A stretch of 64,000 nt of DNA, from NCBI GenBank assembly GCA_964016885.1, contig OZ024752.1, forward strand, positions 49,352,001-49,416,000. The letters run 5' to 3'. Origin of the DNA: Eledone cirrhosa. Taxonomy: Eukaryota. The translations under genes were made by a program, and so were the position numbers. This document shows positions 57,721 through 64,000 of the stretch, piece by piece (positions within the stretch are counted from its first letter, which is position 1; the number at the start of each line of letters is the position of its first letter). A model generated the notes under the pieces. That model was given only the letters and a program-made list of their open reading frames with translations, had not been told where the DNA came from and searched no databases.

Positions 57721-57865
57721 AAGTGTGTGTAAGTATGTGTGTGCGTGAGAGAGAGAGAGGGTTTTGATGATGGGAAGACAGAACTTATGTAGAGTTAGTG
57801 TAGTTCATGTTGATCGCACACACAGACACACAAACTCTCTATATTTACATACACACACGCACAAG

Positions 57866-57916
<51 letters not shown>

Positions 57917-58025
57917 TCACATGCACACACACTTCTCTCTCTTTATATACACACACAGAGAAACATATATATATATATCATCATCTTCACATATCTATCT
58001 ATCTTATACGCACACACACATAAAC

Positions 58026-58067
<42 letters not shown>

Positions 58068-58679
58068 TCACATACAGACACACACAGACATATATATCTA
58101 TATATATATACACTCACGGTATACACACACACACAAACATATATATATATATATATATATATACTCACATACACACAGACGTGTATATATACACACACAT
58201 ATCTATATTTTTATTATTTTCATTATAAATGGATATTTATATAGTCACCTACATCCCACGGGACCTCAACCAAGTCCATGGGTCATCAATGTGTATATAT
58301 ATATGTATGAGTGTATATATGTTTGTTTGTGTGTGTATATATATGTTTGTGTGTGTGTATATGTAAGTTTGTGTTCGTGTATGTCTCACATACATAGCTT
58401 TCTAAGCATCAACATTGTTAGTGAGTGTGTGGGTGTATATGTATGACTATATGTAAATTTATGTATGTGTTTGTGAAAAATATTATTATCTAAAATTCTT
58501 ATCTAATCTTTCTTCTTTTATCCTAATTACTGTAGAATATCTTATTTAATGTCAAATTATGTAACATCAACTCATTAGACGGGCCTTTTAGTTTTGTTGT
58601 TGTTGTTGTGACAGCTCACACCTCTGCAGGTTTAGCTGGCCTCATCCAAGGTATATCTCGTTGGAGGTGCATTGGGTAA

Positions 58680-58852
58680 TTTAATGATAGGGACCCCAGT
58701 CCTATCATCTCATTTCTACAGCTGAGTAAACTGGAGCAACGTGAAATAAAGTGTCTTACTCAAGGAAACAACACATCACCCGGTCTGAGAATTGAACTCA
58801 CAACCTTTCGATTGCAAGGCCAATGCTCTAACCACTAAGCCATGTGCCTTCA
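58680..58852 (-). mobile_element. SINE B
   Basis: Reverse complement of the 7238-7385 head and core. Confidence 0.8.
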
Positions 58853-58929
58853 GGGGGGGGAGGTGATATTTTTGTGGCTTATATTTATTGACTTCTGTTT
58901 TTCTAATGTATATATGTGTGCATGTATGC

Positions 58930-58970
<41 letters not shown>

Positions 58971-59282
58971 GAGACATATATATATATATATATATAAATA
59001 TATATATATTTATTAAAATAACTGATTAGATTTTAGTCTTCACATTTATTATTATTACTATATATATAAACAATGAGTTATTTGGTTTGTTGATTATTCA
59101 ACAAAGTTAATTCACAACAGATTAGAAGCACTCAACGACGAAAGCATACTAAATTATTAGTACCCTTGAAATACGTATAATAAAATAAATTTGGTTTTAT
59201 AAAGATATTTTCCCATTTATTAATATTATTGATATATATATATATATATATATATATTATTTATATATATATATATATATAT

Positions 59283-59500
59283 ATTTATTAAAATAACAGA
59301 TTAAAGTTTAAGCAAAGAATCGCTGCTTTCACCCTTAGTTTCAGAAGATCCCGTTAAGGGTAAAAGCAGCGATTCTTTGCTTAAACTTTAATCTGTTATT
59401 TTAATAAATATTTGCTCTACGGTTCTTATATATTTGATATATATTTATCCTTATCAAGCCCTCTTTGGATTTTAGTCTTCAAATTTATTATTATTACTAT
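59283..59500. mobile_element. Fold-back element F2
   Basis: ~53-bp inverted arms 59283-59411 around agtttcagaagatcccgttaagggt. Confidence 0.6.
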
Positions 59501-60143
59501 ATATATATATATATATATATATAGTTCAAGGAAACAACAAAAGAAAGATACAAAAGTCTTATTAGTTTCATGCTTTATATGGAAAAAGAGGAAAGAATGT
59601 TGACTGTTCTGGCTGATATTTGGACTTTGGGGCACATACGGTAGCCAAACATTGAATGGGTTAGACTCGGAAACTGTTCGAAATGGAATACTGTATATAT
59701 ATATCTGAGAGTCTAGAGGCGTATACATTTATGCTTAATCAAACTCTTTACAGCGCTATATATTATTCTTCAACACATGCTGCATAAGTAGACGCAGGGA
59801 AACAGAGAAAAGAAAATTGTATACAAAACTAAAAGAGGAGGAGTATAAAAAGTAAATACATAACAAAAAAAAATAAATAAAATAAAAATAAAAAAAGAAG
59901 AAATTTGGCGTTTGGATTTGTAAACCAATGAGAACTGTTCTGTTCTTTAGAATCAATGCTCTCTGCTAGATCTTAAGGTGTGTTGTGTTGCATTCCGTAT
60001 GTGTGTTGAATAAATATATTTATAATGAATAACTTAACATGGTGCCACAAACTCTATCTCTCTCTCCCTCTCTTTCTTTCTCTCTCTCTATTCTTTCTCT
60101 CCCTCTCTCTTTCTCAGTCTCTTTCTCTCTCTCTCTCTCTCAG

Positions 60144-60186
<43 letters not shown>

Positions 60187-60843
60187 AAAATATTCTCTTT
60201 CTATTTTGAAACGAATAAAAATACAAAAAATCGTCTGAGAGAATTAGCTACGTCGCAAAATTTCTCTGAAATTTTAATTCATCATACATATTTTTTTTTT
60301 TTTTTTGTCCTCTTTTGAATATTTTCAATATCTTTACAATATTTCTACAATGTTTTTATTATTTTTTTTTTCTTGTAATTTTAATATCAGGATAACCATA
60401 ATGATAATAATAATAATAATAATAATGATAATAATAATAATAATAATAATAATGATTTCTTTATTAACCACAAGGGTTTACATAAAGTAGACATTAAGGA
60501 CAGTACAGGACAATACAGGACGGTACAAATGGGCATTTCTGGGTGTAAAAAAAATACAGAGGATGTAAAATAAAAAATAACAATGAAAAATTTAATAATA
60601 ATAATAATAATAATAATATTAATGATTTCATTTATTAGCCACAAGGGCCGACATGTAGGGGACAATACAAGGGACAGGTTGAGTAATAATAATAGTAATA
60701 ATATCTAGCGGTGTGTTCTGAAGACATATGTCATTCGTTCTTACTTCAGAATTTTTCTCTTTTCGACATAATAAATTGTGTATCAAGTTTTTAAACAACT
60801 CCTCTTCCTCCTCCCCTTTTATTTTTCATCCGACAAATACACA

Positions 60844-60900
60844 CCCTAACCCTAACCCTAACCCTAACCCTAACCCTAACCCTAACCCTAACCCTAACCC
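60844..60900. repeat. Interstitial telomeric repeat (CCCTAA)9
   Basis: Nine perfect units plus CCC. Confidence 0.95.
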
Positions 60901-60954
60901 ATGAAGAAGTTCACTTCTACGTTCCATCTTCTGTCTACGGCTGCATATACGTAT

Positions 60955-61023
<69 letters not shown>

Positions 61024-61170
61024 AACACATATCTGCATGCCCTTCCCCTAACACATACCCACTCTTGCCAACTCTAATGTATGCCTTGACTGTGTGTATA
61101 TATATATATATATAAATTTTATATATATATATATATATATATAAATTTTATATATATATATATATATATA

Positions 61171-61216
<46 letters not shown>

Positions 61217-61317
61217 GACGTAAAATAAAAAAATCAGCATGGGTATACATCTGTATACATATGTTGGTAGATATACTAATTCTCTATATATATATATATA
61301 TATATATAAAAATTATA

Positions 61318-61388
<71 letters not shown>

Positions 61389-61561
61389 CCCACACTGTAA
61401 ATGTGGTTGGTGTTAGGAAGGGCATCCAACTGTAGAAAACCTGCCAGACAGTCCTATGCGAGCAAGACAATCACTCTTGCCTCAAGTGGGACTACCCCCG
61501 TCCAAACCCATGCAAGCGTGGAACACGGACGTTAAACGTTGATGATGATGATGATGATGAT
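61389..61561 (+). mobile_element. Family C SINE 3' half
   Basis: ggttggtgttaggaagggcatcc ... aacccatgcaagcgtggaacacggacgttaaacg(atg)n. Confidence 0.75.
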
Positions 61562-61575
61562 ATATATAAATATAT

Positions 61576-61612
<37 letters not shown>

Positions 61613-61616
61613 AATA

Positions 61617-61647
<31 letters not shown>

Positions 61648-61672
61648 ATATATATATATATATATATATATA

Positions 61673-61733
<61 letters not shown>

Positions 61734-61736
61734 TTT

Positions 61737-61879
<143 letters not shown>

Positions 61880-61951
61880 ACACAGTCAAGGCATACATTA
61901 GAGTCGGCAAGAGTGCGTATGTGTTAGGGGAAGGGCATGCAGATATGAGTT

Positions 61952-62005
<54 letters not shown>

Positions 62006-62058
62006 TCGGACCATACTTGTAACTCTGTGTATTATTTACATGTAGGAACACATACTTT

Positions 62059-62091
<33 letters not shown>

Positions 62092-62097
<6 letters not shown>

Positions 62098-62192
62098 GTC
62101 CCAAAACAATGTATATACACTTCAACAGCATTCTGATAAATATTGCCTGTATATGTAATCAAAGTGTGTATACATTTTTGGGGAACACCCTG
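62092..62192. mobile_element. Tc1/mariner-type MITE (~100 bp)
   Basis: TIRs (t)agggtgtcccaaaa.aatgtata.acactt / aagtgtgtatacatttttggggaacaccctg, flanked by TA. Confidence 0.7.
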
Positions 62193-62317
62193 TATATATA
62201 TATATAAATATTTTAAAATAATTATCTTTCTTCTATGAGGTGTTTGTATATACAAACAGACATATATATATATATATCATCTTACATTAGTTAATTTCAG
62301 TTTATGTATATATATAT

Positions 62318-62459
<142 letters not shown>

Positions 62460-63931
62460 ATATATATGATTAGACTGTGTTAGTTCATCACCAATACGTT
62501 ATATACAACAGTGATTATGAATAAACGGAGAGAATTATAACCCCTTAACTTCTACTTCATTATTATACACATCCAAAAGTAGAATTAATTATTATACACA
62601 TACATACATATATATATATATATGTATGTGTATATTTATATATATATATATCCACTCTCAAGCATGAACCTAATACTAACACTTTGTACTGCACTCTTTG
62701 TTATTGTTTTTGTTTTCTTTTTTAACTATATATATGTATACCCCACTCTCAAGAGCGTGAAACTAATAAACATTTGTTCGTACTGCCTCTCTGTTTTGTT
62801 CTCGTTCAATTTTTCACTATATATATATATATATGGCCCCATTTACTTAAAATCTACTACTACTGCTACTACTATTACTACTGCTATTACTTCTACTACT
62901 ACTAACAAGCCATCTGCCTGCTTTTAGTTGTTTGTTCCCTAGCTTATTTGTGGATCTGTTTTGGGGGATAAAGAAAGCTATGTTGTACCATTGAAACTCT
63001 TGTATATATGACTCCCCACCACCACCACCACTATCACCTCCATCGTTATTTGCATATTTATCTCATTTGTTTTAGGTGGCAGCAGTGGTGTAGGGGATGT
63101 GAGGGTGGGCCAGTCAATAATCAGAATAACTTATTGTGTGTGTATATATACACATATATATATATATATAACGTATATATATATATATCTATATATATAT
63201 ATCATCATCATCGTTTAACATCCATCTTCCATACATACATACATACATGTATTTATATATAGTGTGTGTATGTGTGTGTTTGGTTTTTGAAGAATATGGC
63301 ATTCTGCTATATAAGTGGATCAGAGTAGCGAAGTGCTGTTTCTTTCTCCTCCAATCACAATCTATTTTCAATTTCGCTTGTAGCTTAGAAGGTGGGTTTC
63401 TATCTAACCAATAGGAAGGGAATGTCATTGCCACTTCCCAGTGAGAGAAAAGCTTGTGGTTGTTATTGTCATCACTGTTGATGATGTTGTTGTTTGTTGC
63501 TGTTGCTGTTGTTGTTGTTGTTATTATTAGTTCTTTATAATTAATGAAGCTAGCGCCATTAAGATTGAACATGTAATAACCACTATATATTTATATTCTA
63601 CAAGATGGTTTTGAAGCATTGAATAATTGCCAGTGTGCGTATATATATGTGCCTGTATAAGCTCGTATGTATGTGCACCTGTGCTTGTATGCATGATTTT
63701 ATATGTACGTATATGTATGTATGTATGTGTACGTGTATGTATGCATGTCTTTAAGTGTACGTATGAGTATGTATGTATGTATGAATGTATGTACATATGT
63801 ATGTATGTATGTGCATTTGTGAACATATATAGTTGTATATGTGGATCTGTTAGTATATGTGTATGTATATATGTATGTGTGAATGTGTGTTTATATGTAT
63901 GTGAGAGAGAGTATTTATATAGTATAGTATC

Positions 63932-63981
<50 letters not shown>

Positions 63982-64000
63982 TTTTGTGTGTGTATACAAG

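Overview
Eukaryotic, very AT-rich and microsatellite-saturated DNA that is mostly intronic or intergenic. The SINE and LINE repertoire points to an octopod cephalopod (inference). Almost all ORFs in the supplied track are translations of (TA)n, (CA)n, (CAC)n or (GAT)n repeats and are not genes. Real structure comprises three SINE families, 3' ends of RTE, CR1 and Tx1/L1-like LINEs, piggyBac-, hAT- and Tc1/mariner-type MITEs, many minisatellites (several born inside transposons), an interstitial (CCCTAA)9 tract and a few short candidate exons on both strands that I cannot name. The main discovery is a set of small non-coding modules embedded in (TA)n tracts that carry type I hammerhead ribozyme folds and often fold back as inverted duplications. 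The best example (33049-33750) is a highly structured 310-nt unit with terminal redundancy and two intact minimal hammerheads in opposite orientation, the signature expected of a retrozyme or Penelope-like pseudo-LTR element, possibly copied from a circular RNA.
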